Below are positions 10,249-20,082 of a stretch of DNA of 64,000 nucleotides, one piece after another. This DNA comes from Staphylococcus phage vB_SepM_BE08. A program made the position numbers and the translations under genes. Position 1 is the stretch's first letter; each line of letters opens with the position of its first letter. The stretch lies in the sequence record MT596505.1, one strand, 5' to 3'. Below the pieces are notes generated by a model. That model saw only the letters and a list, made by a program, of their open reading frames with translations, made no database searches and was not told the origin of the DNA.

Positions 10249-10668
10249 CTAAAATGTTTCTGAGTTTTCTTGATTCATTACTTGCTCTTTTTCTGAAATC
10301 ATATTAGCTATATCGTCTGCTGATAACTCAGATAATTTTTGTAAATCTAGTTGATTACTTTCTTCACTATCACTATCTTGGTCTATAACATTTTCAAAGA
10401 GTTCTTGTTGTTTACCTGATATTTCAGGTATTGCTCCTCCACCTTCTGTAGTAGCTCCTGATAGTTCTTGCATTTGTGAGAATATAACAAAAAGCTTATA
10501 CAAATCATTAGGGTCTTTAACCTCTATTTGATTAGACTCTACTTTATTATTAAAGTCTATCATTAATTTTTGTATACTAGACATAAAACCGTCTGCTATC
10601 ATTTTTCTAGCGTCTTCTTGTTCTGATTTTTTCTTATTTACATTTGTTCTTATATCTTTAACTCCCAT
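10249..10668 (-). CDS. hypothetical acidic protein immediately upstream of terL
   Basis: 139-aa ORF with a 10-nt gap to terL exon 1. Confidence 0.5.
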   Translation of the reverse strand: MGVKDIRTNVNKKKSEQEDARKMIADGFMSSIQKLMIDFNNKVESNQIEVKDPNDLYKLFVIFSQMQELSGATTEGGGAIPEISGKQQELFENVIDQDSDSEESNQLDLQKLSELSADDIANMISEKEQVMNQENSETF

Positions 10669-10672
10669 AATA

Positions 10673-10936
10673 TCACACCAATCCTAAATTTTTATAACAC
10701 GTGTTAATGTCTTGACAAATATCTATATACAGAAGATTGGAGTATCTTATGTGATAGTGATTCTTTTTTGCAAATACTTGACCGTTACTATACTTCATTC
10801 CAGACAAAGGTTCTCCACAAATACCACATACTCTAGTAGGACTAGATATTCTCTTATCACCTTTTCTAATAAGTGTTTTTTTAGGTGCGTCTTTAAAAAT
10901 ACTTCGTCTCTTCTCTTTAATATCTATCTTCTTCAC
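10673..10936 (-). CDS. hypothetical basic protein with a Cys-rich C-terminus
   Basis: 87-aa ORF containing a CxxC motif. It is compactly spaced with neighbours, but the start is uncertain. Confidence 0.35.
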   Translation of the reverse strand: MKKIDIKEKRRSIFKDAPKKTLIRKGDKRISSPTRVCGICGEPLSGMKYSNGQVFAKKNHYHIRYSNLLYIDICQDINTCYKNLGLV

Positions 10937-11288
10937 GTTTTAATCTTTCCTTTACTTTAGCTCTTACTTTTACTTCTTCATAAGATACACCTAATTGCTC
11001 TTCTATTACTTCTTTCATTATCTCTACTTCTTCTCTAGTAACATTTGTTTCTTTTAAAATGTATTCTGGTAGAGGGTCTTCTTTCTTTAAGTATATCTTA
11101 TCTATAAAGTTTGAGCTAGTATATGATAATGCTATACCTGTTATAGCATATATAAGTACTGCTTGAGGTCTTAAACTAAATAGTATTGAAAGTACATTTG
11201 CTATAGATAGTAGTAAAATCAACAAATCTAATACTATTAAAAACTTAAATATAAAATATTTCATGTTATTAGTCAAAATATTTGTCAC
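10917..11288 (-). CDS. small membrane protein
   Basis: 123-aa ORF with two N-terminal TM helices. It is the first gene of the leftward operon. Confidence 0.45.
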   Translation of the reverse strand: MTNILTNNMKYFIFKFLIVLDLLILLLSIANVLSILFSLRPQAVLIYAITGIALSYTSSNFIDKIYLKKEDPLPEYILKETNVTREEVEIMKEVIEEQLGVSYEEVKVRAKVKERLKREEDRY

Positions 11289-11686
11289 TTCCTAATGTTA
11301 AAAAATGTAATACATATACTAATCTAACAAAAAGGTCTTACTATGTTATATTATTGTTGTAATAAAAAATATAACTAATAGGGGTTGCTATATAATGTCA
11401 ATATTATTATTAATAGTATCACTACCCCTTGTCTTTTTTTACTTTACATCAATATCAAGATTAAACTATAGGATAGCTAAAGATATAGTATATAAAAATA
11501 ATATAAATTTACTAAAAAATATTATTTTTATTTTTTTTATATACTTACTATCTATATGTAATCTATATTTTATATTTACACATAAATTATTACCTATTGT
11601 ATGTATGAATTTAGTTATTTTATTATCTGTTGTTATTGTCTTTTTAACCCATGATTAAATAAAAAATTAAGGAGGGTTGTTTTGAA

Positions 11687-12010
11687 GTGACAAAATACAA
11701 AGATATTTTAAAAGTAGAATTTGTGGATGCATTAGCTCACTTTGATACTAATAGAGAGTACTTCCATATTTATCGAATCACTAGGTTACTATCTAATGGC
11801 TCTATTATTTCATTCGATTATTATTACCTTCCTTCCGATGACCCTAATATAGTTAATATAGAGATAGATTTAAAAGAGTTCGGTAAATTAAGATTTGCTA
11901 TTGATGTTAAAACTTCTTATGGTAAAATAGTATCTGAAAAGCATAATAAAGTCATCCAGAATTTTATAGAAAATTATGATGTTCACTCTGTAGCCCCGTT
12001 GAAAGTTTAG
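11687..12010 (+). CDS. hypothetical protein (GTG start)
   Basis: The RBS AAGGAGGG lies 9 nt upstream of the GTG. 107-aa ORF. Confidence 0.5.
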   Translation: MTKYKDILKVEFVDALAHFDTNREYFHIYRITRLLSNGSIISFDYYYLPSDDPNIVNIEIDLKEFGKLRFAIDVKTSYGKIVSEKHNKVIQNFIENYDVHSVAPLKV

Positions 12011-12020
12011 GTGAAAGAAA

Positions 12021-12353
12021 TTGGAAAACGACATTGATACACTATTAAATCAAATAGATAAAATAAGAAATCAAATACAAGAAAAAGGCTACATTGATAA
12101 AGATACTTATTCAAACCTAGAAAAAGAAGTTTCAGAATTACGTAGTATGATTCTTAACCTAGATAAAGATTTAGCTGTTACTAGTGAGAAGCAATCAACA
12201 ATCTATATACAATTAGAAAGATTAGATGAAAAAATAAAAGAATTATCTGAAAGTACAAAGGTAAAAGACGATAAGAAACGTGATACTACAGAAAAAGTAT
12301 TACTTTTGATACTAGGTGCAATATTATCGTTTATATTCAATAAATTTAGTTAG
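12021..12353 (+). CDS. coiled-coil protein with a C-terminal TM helix (TTG start)
   Basis: 110-aa ORF with an AGGTGA RBS upstream. Confidence 0.45.
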   Translation: MENDIDTLLNQIDKIRNQIQEKGYIDKDTYSNLEKEVSELRSMILNLDKDLAVTSEKQSTIYIQLERLDEKIKELSESTKVKDDKKRDTTEKVLLLILGAILSFIFNKFS

Positions 12354-12363
12354 GAGAGTTTTT

Positions 12364-12573
12364 ATGGTAAAATCAATTGAATTAACAATGAATAGTGGTA
12401 AAACATTCTTTTTAATAAGTACTGAAGATGAAAAATACACTCATTCTTCCGTGAACGCAATGTTAAGAGGAAAAAGTAACCCTTCTATAAAAGTCCATAC
12501 TAGTAATGATATTAATTCTGATGTGGTTTATATTAACCCTTTCTTTATTGAATCATTTAAGATTAATTATTAA
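12364..12573 (+). CDS. hypothetical protein
   Basis: ATG preceded by an RBS (TTAGGAGAG). The upstream Met shown in the ORF track is rejected because it overlaps the previous gene. Confidence 0.4.
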   Translation: MVKSIELTMNSGKTFFLISTEDEKYTHSSVNAMLRGKSNPSIKVHTSNDINSDVVYINPFFIESFKINY

Positions 12574-12680
12574 AGGCTAACTTATGTTAGTCTTTTTTTA
12601 TATATCTATTATACCATAAACATCTTGAATATTAAAATTAAACTATCTCAATTTCCAACACTACTAAATATTAATTATTT

Positions 12681-12862
12681 ATTGTTAATATATTTATTAT
12701 TAATAATTAGTATTAGTATATATAAATATATATATATTAGAGTAATCCTTATTTTCCAAATATACAAATTACCTAAATATTCAGAATTCTTTTTCCTTAT
12801 ATATAAATATTGTTAATATATTTGTTATTAATAATTAGTATTAGTATATATAAATAATAGTT
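12681..12862. repeat. two copies of a direct repeat of about 50 bp (ATTGTTAATATATTT[A/G]TTATTAATAATTAGTATTAGTATATATAAATA) in an extremely AT-rich intergenic region
   Basis: Copy 1 is at about 12681-12730 and copy 2 at about 12812-12862. Confidence 0.7.
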
Positions 12863-12962
12863 ATTAGAACTGGTCTTATTTGCCAAATAGTTAAAAAAAC
12901 CTCTAAAACACTTGATATTAAAGGATTTTAATCAAAAATTTAAAAAAGTTTATAAAAAGTGT

Positions 12963-12992
12963 TGACATTTATCAAAAATAAGATTATAATAA
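12963..12992 (+). promoter_or_regulatory. sigma-70-like promoter (TTGACA, 17 nt, TATAAT)
   Basis: TTGACATTTATCAAAAATAAGATTATAAT, located upstream of 13032. Confidence 0.6.
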
Positions 12993-13031
12993 ACTTAACA
13001 ATAAAAAATTAAGAAAAGGATTTGATTAAGT

Positions 13032-13253
13032 ATGAGAAAACAAGTAATGGTATATTCAAAACTAAATTGTAAAGAATGTGGGAACCACTTTATGGTTCCT
13101 AGAAAAAGAGCAAAAAGAAGAGAAGAAGGTCATATCAAAGACTTATATTGTGTAAAATGTAAAAAAACAACAAAACATATTGAGGATAACAGAAGTGAAA
13201 CAGAAAAATTCTGGGATGAATTCCATTCAAATAGAAAATATCAAAAAAATTAA
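13032..13253 (+). CDS. small zinc-ribbon protein (two CxxC pairs)
   Basis: 73-aa ORF containing CKEC...CVKC. An RBS (AAAAGGA) is present. Confidence 0.5.
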   Translation: MRKQVMVYSKLNCKECGNHFMVPRKRAKRREEGHIKDLYCVKCKKTTKHIEDNRSETEKFWDEFHSNRKYQKN

Positions 13254-13283
13254 TAAAAAATTTAAAAAAGTTTTAAAATAAAC

Positions 13284-13312
13284 TTGACACAGGGTTATTT
13301 TTATGTTATGAT
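13284..13312 (+). promoter_or_regulatory. consensus sigma-70-like promoter (TTGACA, 17 nt, TATGAT)
   Basis: TTGACACAGGGTTATTTTTATGTTATGAT, with no ORF downstream. Confidence 0.6.
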
Positions 13313-13319
13313 ATATGTA

Positions 13320-14135
13320 TCAAATAAAACAAATCCCTTACACAACTGTTTTTTCATTACGTTGTTTTCCAGTTCAAACAATAACAGCGTTTGCCTATAA
13401 CTAATGATTAGACTATAAACAAATCAAGAGGAAATTAGTCTATTCCTCTAATATAATTTTAATACAACTAAACATCTGAACATAGTGACTGAATAAGTGA
13501 GTGATGTCACTAAGGTGTAAGAATGTCTTAGGAAGCCTACTAAAGTGTGAGAACCTTTAGAGGTATCCTCAGAGGGATATTTATTCCGAAAGGATTGCTT
13601 AGCACTTGGATATAAGGATTATACGGTAGAGAGACTATCAGTGATGAATCACTAGTCAAGGTCTTAGCGGAATCTTGACTAGTTACGCTACTAAAATCAT
13701 TTACGTGGTTGGAGCCTAGAAATAGGTTTGATAATGATTGTCTTTCGTACAAGTAGCACAAACCCACGATAAAGCTAAAGAAAACAAAAAATATATGTTA
13801 TTTTAATTCTTCACATCGTGTGAAAGTTGGTAAGTAACTGTCCTTACCCCTATACTGTGGAAACACTCATAAAAGTGGACTATGGCTAGCTACCATATAG
13901 AACTTTCTATGACTAGGTTACCTAATAATAATTCTTATATTTTAGTTCCCTGTGAAAAGGGCTATGTTTGGATATTTAGTTGTATTATACAACTAACTTC
14001 TCTTTCATTTTATTATTCTTATCAATGGTTTTTGACTCCTTTACCATTGATAGAGAGAAACCCCTTATAAGAACATATTCATTTGTACAAACAAACACCT
14101 CCTTATAAAAAACAAAAAACTTATAAGGGGTTTTT
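13320..14135 (+). ncRNA. candidate structured non-coding transcript of about 800 nt, or a long leader, running from the promoter to the terminator
   Basis: No credible ORF on either strand. GC content is locally higher than the flanks. Strong hairpins are present (ACTAGTCAAG...CTTGACTAGT, GAGGAA..TTCCTC). It is bounded by a consensus promoter and a hairpin plus T-run terminator. Confidence 0.3.
14062..14135 (+). terminator. rho-independent terminator with a long stem (CCCCTTATAAG...CTTATAAGGGG followed by TTTTT)
   Basis: 11-bp inverted repeat followed by a T-run. Confidence 0.55.
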
Positions 14136-14240
14136 ACATACACATAACCCTAATAACCTGAATATAATTTGCTTGATATTTATATTCAAAAAAAAATAAG
14201 GTAAGTACTTTTTAAAGGTTTTTGTCTCACCTATACATAA

Positions 14241-14606
14241 ATGAAAAAAGGAATTGTTATTGTGGCAAAGAAAAAAACATTAGCTCAAAAAACATATGAA
14301 GATACAGTAAAAGCTAGAAGATGGTTTGCAGGTACTCGAAATGAATTTAATACAGCAAGAGCAAAAAAGAAAAATACTGAAGCTTTTTTAAAACAATCAA
14401 AAGAAGATATTAAAACAGCTAGTGAAAAAGGTAGATTTAGTTGTATATTGTATTATAAAGTATTTAAGTTTAAAGAACCTGTAGAAGGGTATAATAAACA
14501 AGAAATATTATCAGCACTTAAAGAGTTGGATAAAGAAGGATTTAAAACAACATATGAGGATACTCAAGATGGTGTATTAGTGAGTGCTAGATGGGATAAC
14601 GAATAA
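14241..14606 (+). CDS. hypothetical basic protein
   Basis: 121-aa ORF rich in K and R. Confidence 0.5.
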   Translation: MKKGIVIVAKKKTLAQKTYEDTVKARRWFAGTRNEFNTARAKKKNTEAFLKQSKEDIKTASEKGRFSCILYYKVFKFKEPVEGYNKQEILSALKELDKEGFKTTYEDTQDGVLVSARWDNE

Positions 14607-14820
14607 ACAAAAAGGAGTTTTTAATATCGCTACTCAAAAACAACTTTACTTTGTAAATGGACTAATAGGTAAAGCTATTGTTAATGACAAAGTATTAAAT
14701 AAAAGAGATTTATGGAATCAGTTAGACTTATTAAATGATACTAAATTAGAAGACTTAGATAATAAACAAATGTCAAATGTTATTAGTAAATTAAATGAAA
14801 TTAATAATGATATAGAATAA
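14584..14820 (+). CDS. hypothetical protein
   Basis: 78-aa ORF. It overlaps the previous gene, so the start is uncertain. Confidence 0.35.
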   Translation: MLDGITNKQKGVFNIATQKQLYFVNGLIGKAIVNDKVLNKRDLWNQLDLLNDTKLEDLDNKQMSNVISKLNEINNDIE

Positions 14821-14918
14821 CCACCTATTTATGTAGGTGGTTTTCTTATATTAAAATAATTAACGCTTTTTTTGTTATATTAGTTAGTACAAAAATATAA
14901 TAGAAAGGGCGTTTTTTA

Positions 14919-15482
14919 ATGTCTAATAAAGATATGAAAAAACCTACTGTTGTAGGTGGTGTAAACTTATCCACACGTGTACGCAGTAAGACTTTTTGGG
15001 TATCACTTGTAGGTATACTAGTTGGTGTAGTTACTCAAGTAGGTACACTTTTTGGTCTTGATTTAGAAGACCAAGTAGGACAATACTCTGAATTAGCTAC
15101 AGGTATTATTACAGCTTTAGGTATTTTAGGTGTTTTACAAGACCCTAATACTAAAGGAATTAAAGATAGTGGTATTGCACAAACATACACTTCTCGTAGA
15201 GATAGTAAAGACCCTGAACAAGCAATAGATTGGCAAAATAATACAGAATTTGATTTAGGTGTAAAGAAACCTCAAGAGTTTGATACTTCTGAATCTTTCT
15301 CTGATGATAGTGATGAAGAAGAAGTAGATTTAGAAGAAGAAGAAGTAGCTAAAGATGATTCTGTACAAGAAGACACAAATAAACCCCTTGGAGCTGGAAA
15401 AGGAGAGTCTGTAGACTCTATGAAAAACACACCTCTAAATGTAGGTAGTCAATCAGCTAAATCAAAAGGCGGTGAAAAATAA
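14919..15482 (+). CDS. holin
   Basis: 187-aa ORF with two TM helices (FWVSLVGILVGVVTQVGTLFGL, ATGIITALGILGVL) and a charged C-terminal tail. It sits immediately upstream of the endolysin. Confidence 0.75.
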   Translation: MSNKDMKKPTVVGGVNLSTRVRSKTFWVSLVGILVGVVTQVGTLFGLDLEDQVGQYSELATGIITALGILGVLQDPNTKGIKDSGIAQTYTSRRDSKDPEQAIDWQNNTEFDLGVKKPQEFDTSESFSDDSDEEEVDLEEEEVAKDDSVQEDTNKPLGAGKGESVDSMKNTPLNVGSQSAKSKGGEK

Positions 15483-15484
15483 TA

Positions 15485-16939
15485 ATGAAAACTAAAAAAC
15501 AAGCTTTAAAATGGATTTTAAATACTATAGGTCAAGGTATAGATTGGGATAAAATGTATGGGTTTCAATGTATGGATTTAGTTGTTGCTTATTTGTATTA
15601 CGTTACTGACGGAAAAATAGCAATGTGGGGAAATGCTATTGATGCTCCTAAAAATAATTTTAAAGGTACTGCTAAAGTAATTAAAAATTACCCTGCTTTT
15701 AGACCTGAAGAAGGAGATATAGTAGTTTGGTCTTATGGTAATTTTAGTACTTACGGACATATTGCTGTAGTTATAGATGGAGACCCTTACGGTGACTTGC
15801 AATATATCACAGTAGCTGAGCAAAATTGGAATGGTTTAGGACTATACAAACAAGAAGTTACTACAAAACGTATTCATAATTACGATGGTGTATCTCATTT
15901 CATAAGACCTAAGTTCAAAAAAACAGTTAAAAAAGAAGATAACACTCTTACAAAAGAAAAAAACAACAAAAAAACAAAAGGAAAAAAATTAAAAGTATCA
16001 ACACAAAGAATAAACTACACTATGGATAAAAGAGGTTATAAACCTAAATTTGTTGTAATACACAATGATGCTGGTAGTTCTTCTGCACAACAGTATGAAC
16101 AAGGATTAAAAAATGCAGGATACAGTAGATATGCTCAAGGAGTAGCACATGCATACGCTTCTGATGGTTATGTGTGGGAAGCAATATCAGAAGATAGAAT
16201 AGCTTGGCATACAGGCGATGGAACAAACCCAGGAACAGGTAACTTTGAAGGATATGGAATTGAAGTTTGTCAATCTTTAGGAGATAGAAATACTTTCTTA
16301 AAAAATGAGCAAACTGTATTCCAATTTATTGCAGAAAAATTGCAAAAATGGAACTTACCTGCAAATAGAAATACCATCAGACTTCATAATGAATTTATAC
16401 AAACAGAATGTCCCCATGCTTCAGCATATTATCATGCAGGTATGAATACTAAAGTAGATGCTTATACAAAAGAAAGACAATTAAAAATAAAAGATTATTT
16501 CATAAAACAAATTAGAGCATACATGAAAGGAAGTACACCTAAATCTACAGTAGTAAAATCTAGTAAAAATAGTGGTTCTTTACCTAAGAAAAAAGGTAAA
16601 AAACAAAAATTTAAATCAAATATTGGTAAAACATTCGACTTTAATGGATTAAATACCAATACTTGGGGTACTAAATGGTATTATGAAAATAATACATTTA
16701 CATGTAATGCTCGACAAGGTATCATAACAAGAGTAGGTAGTCCGTTTACAAACGCACCTCAAGCAGGTGTTTTATTCTACGGACAAACTGTAACATATAA
16801 TCAAGTAGCTGTTAATCCAAAAGAGCCATTTGTATGGATTTCATGGATTACAAATAATGGTACTGAAGTATGGATGCCTATTGAAGTCTTAGACAGTAAT
16901 AATAAAATTATTGAGCAGTGGGGTACTTTTGGTTGGTAA
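15485..16939 (+). CDS. endolysin with CHAP peptidase, amidase_2 and SH3b cell-wall-binding domains (LysK/PlyTW-like); no intron
   Basis: An N-terminal CHAP domain carries a Cys in FQCMDLV and a downstream His (GHIAVV). The central domain is amidase-2 (VVIHNDAGSS...WHTGDG...ECPH). The C-terminus is SH3b-like. Confidence 0.9.
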   Translation: MKTKKQALKWILNTIGQGIDWDKMYGFQCMDLVVAYLYYVTDGKIAMWGNAIDAPKNNFKGTAKVIKNYPAFRPEEGDIVVWSYGNFSTYGHIAVVIDGDPYGDLQYITVAEQNWNGLGLYKQEVTTKRIHNYDGVSHFIRPKFKKTVKKEDNTLTKEKNNKKTKGKKLKVSTQRINYTMDKRGYKPKFVVIHNDAGSSSAQQYEQGLKNAGYSRYAQGVAHAYASDGYVWEAISEDRIAWHTGDGTNPGTGNFEGYGIEVCQSLGDRNTFLKNEQTVFQFIAEKLQKWNLPANRNTIRLHNEFIQTECPHASAYYHAGMNTKVDAYTKERQLKIKDYFIKQIRAYMKGSTPKSTVVKSSKNSGSLPKKKGKKQKFKSNIGKTFDFNGLNTNTWGTKWYYENNTFTCNARQGIITRVGSPFTNAPQAGVLFYGQTVTYNQVAVNPKEPFVWISWITNNGTEVWMPIEVLDSNNKIIEQWGTFGW

Positions 16940-16953
16940 AAATAATATTTATT

Positions 16954-16984
16954 TTTAGACTAGGATTAAATTCCTAGTCTTTTT
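16954..16984 (+). terminator. rho-independent terminator (GACTAGGATTAAATTCCTAGTC followed by T7)
   Basis: Hairpin followed by a T-run after the endolysin gene. Confidence 0.7.
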
Positions 16985-17045
16985 TTATTGATTTATTTAA
17001 AACATTATGATAAAGTAATTATATAGACAAGAAAAGTTAAATATT

Positions 17046-17075
17046 TAGTTGACTTTTAAGTTTATATGTGTTATA
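17046..17075 (+). promoter_or_regulatory. sigma-70-like promoter (TTGACT, 17 nt, TATAAT)
   Basis: TTGACTTTTAAGTTTATATGTGTTATAAT. Confidence 0.6.
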
Positions 17076-17109
17076 ATGTAATTAATAAATAAAAAAGGAG
17101 TGTAAAAAT

Positions 17110-17331
17110 ATGAATAGACTTAAACACTGGTTTAATAAAAGTGTTCTTAAAAAAGAAAAAGATAAGTATAAAGTATATTTTATTCATAAGAAGTTTGATA
17201 GTAGAGTACCTGTAGTTATAGATGTTGAAGCTACAAGTAAAGTAGACGCAAAAAAGAAGACTTTAAAATTTATTAAAAAGTATGCTTCAGATTCTGGAAA
17301 TTATAAATTTTTGAAAGTAGAATATAAATAG
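17110..17331 (+). CDS. hypothetical basic protein
   Basis: 73-aa ORF with a strong RBS (AAAGGAG). Confidence 0.5.
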   Translation: MNRLKHWFNKSVLKKEKDKYKVYFIHKKFDSRVPVVIDVEATSKVDAKKKTLKFIKKYASDSGNYKFLKVEYK

Positions 17332-17562
17332 GTGATGTTTATGGAAAAAGAGAATAAACCATTAGTATTAAAAAAAGTAAGAGAAGAAAAAGGATACACA
17401 TTAAGAGAATTAGCTTCAGAATTAGGTGTTAATTATTCTGTAATATCATACTGGGAATATGGAAAGAAAAAACCTAGAACAAATAACCAATTAAAATTAG
17501 AAAAAACATTAGGTGTTCCTTTCGAAGAATTATCAAAGGAGTGGGAAGAGCAAGATGAGTAA
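17332..17562 (+). CDS. XRE-family helix-turn-helix transcriptional regulator
   Basis: HTH signature GYTLRELASELGVNYSVISYWE. Confidence 0.75.
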   Translation: MMFMEKENKPLVLKKVREEKGYTLRELASELGVNYSVISYWEYGKKKPRTNNQLKLEKTLGVPFEELSKEWEEQDE

Positions 17563-18151
17563 ATTATCGAAATCAATATTAACAAACAAAAAAATAGAAG
17601 ATTTAATAGATATGGTAGATTCTTTTGAATTACAACAAGTAAGAAAAGTAATCGGTGATGATAATTTTTCTAATATTATTACAATTGTAAATTCTTTAGA
17701 TAATGATTACTCAAAAGTATTACTTGTCGGTGTATTAGATAAATTATTACATTCTACACCTTTAGTAGAGTATGATGACGTGTATACTACGTTACGTAAA
17801 TACGATGAAGCAGAGCTAAAAGAAGAGACAGCTAATTTAATAGTTCAAAATACATTATATGATAATTGTACTATTATACCTGAAAAAGAATTACCTAATA
17901 TAGGTGATTTAGAATCAGTGCAGAATTTAATTAAAGTTATTAATGTACTATCAATTATAGAAACTCCTAGTACAAAAGATTTATTTTCTGTAAGTGAAGA
18001 ATTTTTAAGTATAAAAGAATTAATGAATAACTATGACTTAAATGTAGAAGGTATTATAGATAAATTATATAATTTAGATAAAAATATTGAAGATAAAGAT
18101 AGTTTACCTAAAGATTTAGAAGAATTAATAAAGTATGTAATTGAATATTAA
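17554..18151 (+). CDS. hypothetical protein
   Basis: Start moved from the track Met to the ATG at 17554 (MSKLSKS...), which follows a GGAG-containing RBS. This avoids a long overlap with the xre gene. Confidence 0.5.
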
Positions 18152-18158
18152 AATATAG

Positions 18159-18362
18159 GTGGTTATGTGTATTATGAAAAATTTATTTAAAGTGTTTTTA
18201 GATAATTATGAAGTATTTGTGGTTGCTAATAATGATAAAGAAGCAGAAAACCATTGTTTTAAATTTTTAGATTTTAATAAAATTAGTATAAGTAAAGTAA
18301 AGCAAGTTAAAAGTGATGATATTTATCCTTATTTTGTTAGAGGTAAAAGTTATGCAAGCTAA
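18159..18362 (+). CDS. hypothetical protein
   Basis: 67-aa ORF with an RBS (AGGTGG). Confidence 0.4.
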   Translation: MVMCIMKNLFKVFLDNYEVFVVANNDKEAENHCFKFLDFNKISISKVKQVKSDDIYPYFVRGKSYAS

Positions 18363-18768
18363 ATTATACACAGACGGTAGTTCTAACTATAAATTAGGTA
18401 AAGTTGGAACAGGTGCAGTAATTGTAGATAATAGTAATAACATTTTATCAGAAATAAGTAAGGAAGTTGACAAACCAGAACTCTTAAAGTATAATAATGT
18501 TGCAGGTGAAATACTAGCTTGTTGTTACGGTATAGAAAAGTGTATAGAACTAGGTGTCAAACAAGTAGAAATACATGTAGATTATATCGGATTAATTAAG
18601 TGGTATGATGGAACATGGCATACAAAAAATAATTTTACTAAATTATACGTTAATATGTTAAGAGAATATGGTAAATTTATTGATTTTAATTTTATTAAAG
18701 TTAAAGCACACTCAAACGATAAGTGGAATGAGTACGCTGATAAACTTGCAAAAAAATCTATAAAATAA
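18352..18768 (+). CDS. rnh: ribonuclease H (RNase HI-like)
   Basis: N-terminal YTDGS..GxGAV and C-terminal KVKAHSNDKWNEYADKLA motifs. Confidence 0.75.
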   Translation: MQAKLYTDGSSNYKLGKVGTGAVIVDNSNNILSEISKEVDKPELLKYNNVAGEILACCYGIEKCIELGVKQVEIHVDYIGLIKWYDGTWHTKNNFTKLYVNMLREYGKFIDFNFIKVKAHSNDKWNEYADKLAKKSIK

Positions 18769-18782
18769 AAGGAGAAAAAGTT

Positions 18783-19295
18783 ATGAGAAAAATTAATCCA
18801 GTTGTTAAATTTGAAAAATTAATAAGAACGAGTGATGTAGAAAAGGTTAGTAATTACATTCAAAATAATAATTTACCATTAAATGTAGAAGATAATAATG
18901 ATATTAATGCTATTAATAGATATTTAGTTAGTGATGATGGTAAATTTATTGCTAAATACAATAAAGATAAAAACGCAGTAGGTTTTTATAAAGAAGTAGG
19001 AGATACTGTTAAACATTTAACACATGTTACAAGAGAAGAGCTAGGTAGTACTACTTTCACTATTAAAGAAAAAGAATATATTAATTTAGTAACAGAAGTA
19101 TTACCTCAAGGAGATATTTTATTAAAAACAAGTTATGAAATAGTAACTATTGATAACGATTCTGTATTAGGTTTTATTTCAGATGTAATGTATGATGTAG
19201 ATGATGTTGAAGAGATTATTTACACAGGATTGTCTAGTGGTAGAACTGAAAATGTTATTTTAGATTTTCAATTAGATAAATATTTAAGTAACTAA
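18783..19295 (+). CDS. hypothetical protein
   Basis: 170-aa ORF with an RBS (AAGGAGA). Confidence 0.5.
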   Translation: MRKINPVVKFEKLIRTSDVEKVSNYIQNNNLPLNVEDNNDINAINRYLVSDDGKFIAKYNKDKNAVGFYKEVGDTVKHLTHVTREELGSTTFTIKEKEYINLVTEVLPQGDILLKTSYEIVTIDNDSVLGFISDVMYDVDDVEEIIYTGLSSGRTENVILDFQLDKYLSN

Positions 19296-19322
19296 AAAAA
19301 TAATTTTTAAGGTGGAACTTCG

Positions 19323-20060
19323 ATGTCAAAAGAATTAGAGTATAAATTAAGAGAGTATCCTAATGTTAGATATAATATGTTAAATCATACAGTATTTAAT
19401 GAATTTTTAAATAAAGCTACACAAGAACAATTACAGTTTTGTGAGGATTTCTTTAATGATAAAGTAGAAATTTTATTTAACGAAAGCCCAGCGGGTACAG
19501 GTAAAACTATGTGTAGTGTCGCATGTGCTTATGCAGATTGGTTAAATAAAGGAAAGAAATTAGTATTTATTATTGCTCCAGTTTCAGAAGATTTAGGTAG
19601 TAGACCAGGAAATCAAACAGAAAAAGAAATGGCATATTTTATGGGGTTACATGATGCTATTACAGAATTAAATATGGTACCAGAACAAGTTATAACAGAA
19701 ATGTTACTAATGGATGAAAATCATAAAGAAAACGATTTAGTAGATTGTTGGGTATCTCAAATATCTCATTTATTCTTACGTGGAGGTAACTTAAAAAATG
19801 TTACAGTAGTTATAAATGAAGCTCAAAACTTTAAACGTTCTGAATTGAAAAAAGTATTAACAAGACTACATTCTAACTCTAAATGTATTGTTGAAGGTAA
19901 CTATAGACAAATTGATTTAAGACAAAATAATAAATCTGGATTTGAACCTTATGTAGATTACTTTAAATCAGAGAATTATCAAGGTGCAGTATATCATCAC
20001 TTTACAACTAATTTTAGAAGTAAAATAGCACAGTTTGCAGACAATTTTAATTGGAAATAA
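19323..20060 (+). CDS. phoH: PhoH-family ATPase
   Basis: Walker A (SPAGTGKT) and Walker B (VVINEAQN). Confidence 0.8.
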   Translation: MSKELEYKLREYPNVRYNMLNHTVFNEFLNKATQEQLQFCEDFFNDKVEILFNESPAGTGKTMCSVACAYADWLNKGKKLVFIIAPVSEDLGSRPGNQTEKEMAYFMGLHDAITELNMVPEQVITEMLLMDENHKENDLVDCWVSQISHLFLRGGNLKNVTVVINEAQNFKRSELKKVLTRLHSNSKCIVEGNYRQIDLRQNNKSGFEPYVDYFKSENYQGAVYHHFTTNFRSKIAQFADNFNWK

Positions 20061-20082
20061 AAAATATTAAAAAAAGTATATT

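Noticed and set aside
10712-10960. Plus-strand 82-aa ORF
   Set aside because: Antisense to minus-strand genes; hydrophobic low-complexity translation.
11395-11658. 87-aa plus-strand ORF (MSILLLIVSLPLVFFYF...)
   Set aside because: Extremely AT-rich low-complexity (I/L/F/Y) translation located in the divergent promoter region. It has no convincing RBS, although a real small membrane protein cannot be fully excluded.
12625-12816. 63-aa ORF inside the 50-bp direct-repeat region
   Set aside because: Its translation is pure I/L/Y/K low complexity from an AT-only sequence that spans an intergenic repeat.
13540-14070. ORFs 13540-13767 (minus strand) and 13882-14070 (plus strand)
   Set aside because: They lie inside the promoter-to-terminator non-coding unit, have no RBS, and the second runs into the terminator stem.
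13262-14140. tRNA genes (expected at this position in related phages)
   Set aside because: No GTTCGAAT/GTTCAAAT-type T-loop with flanking 5-bp stem, and no D-loop consensus, could be found by eye. Software is needed before excluding them.
15578-16226. Minus-strand ORFs 15578-15823 and 16044-16226
   Set aside because: Antisense inside the endolysin gene.
17513-17553. Upstream Met start of the ORF at 17513
   Set aside because: It would overlap the xre gene by 50 nt. An internal ATG at 17554 has an RBS.
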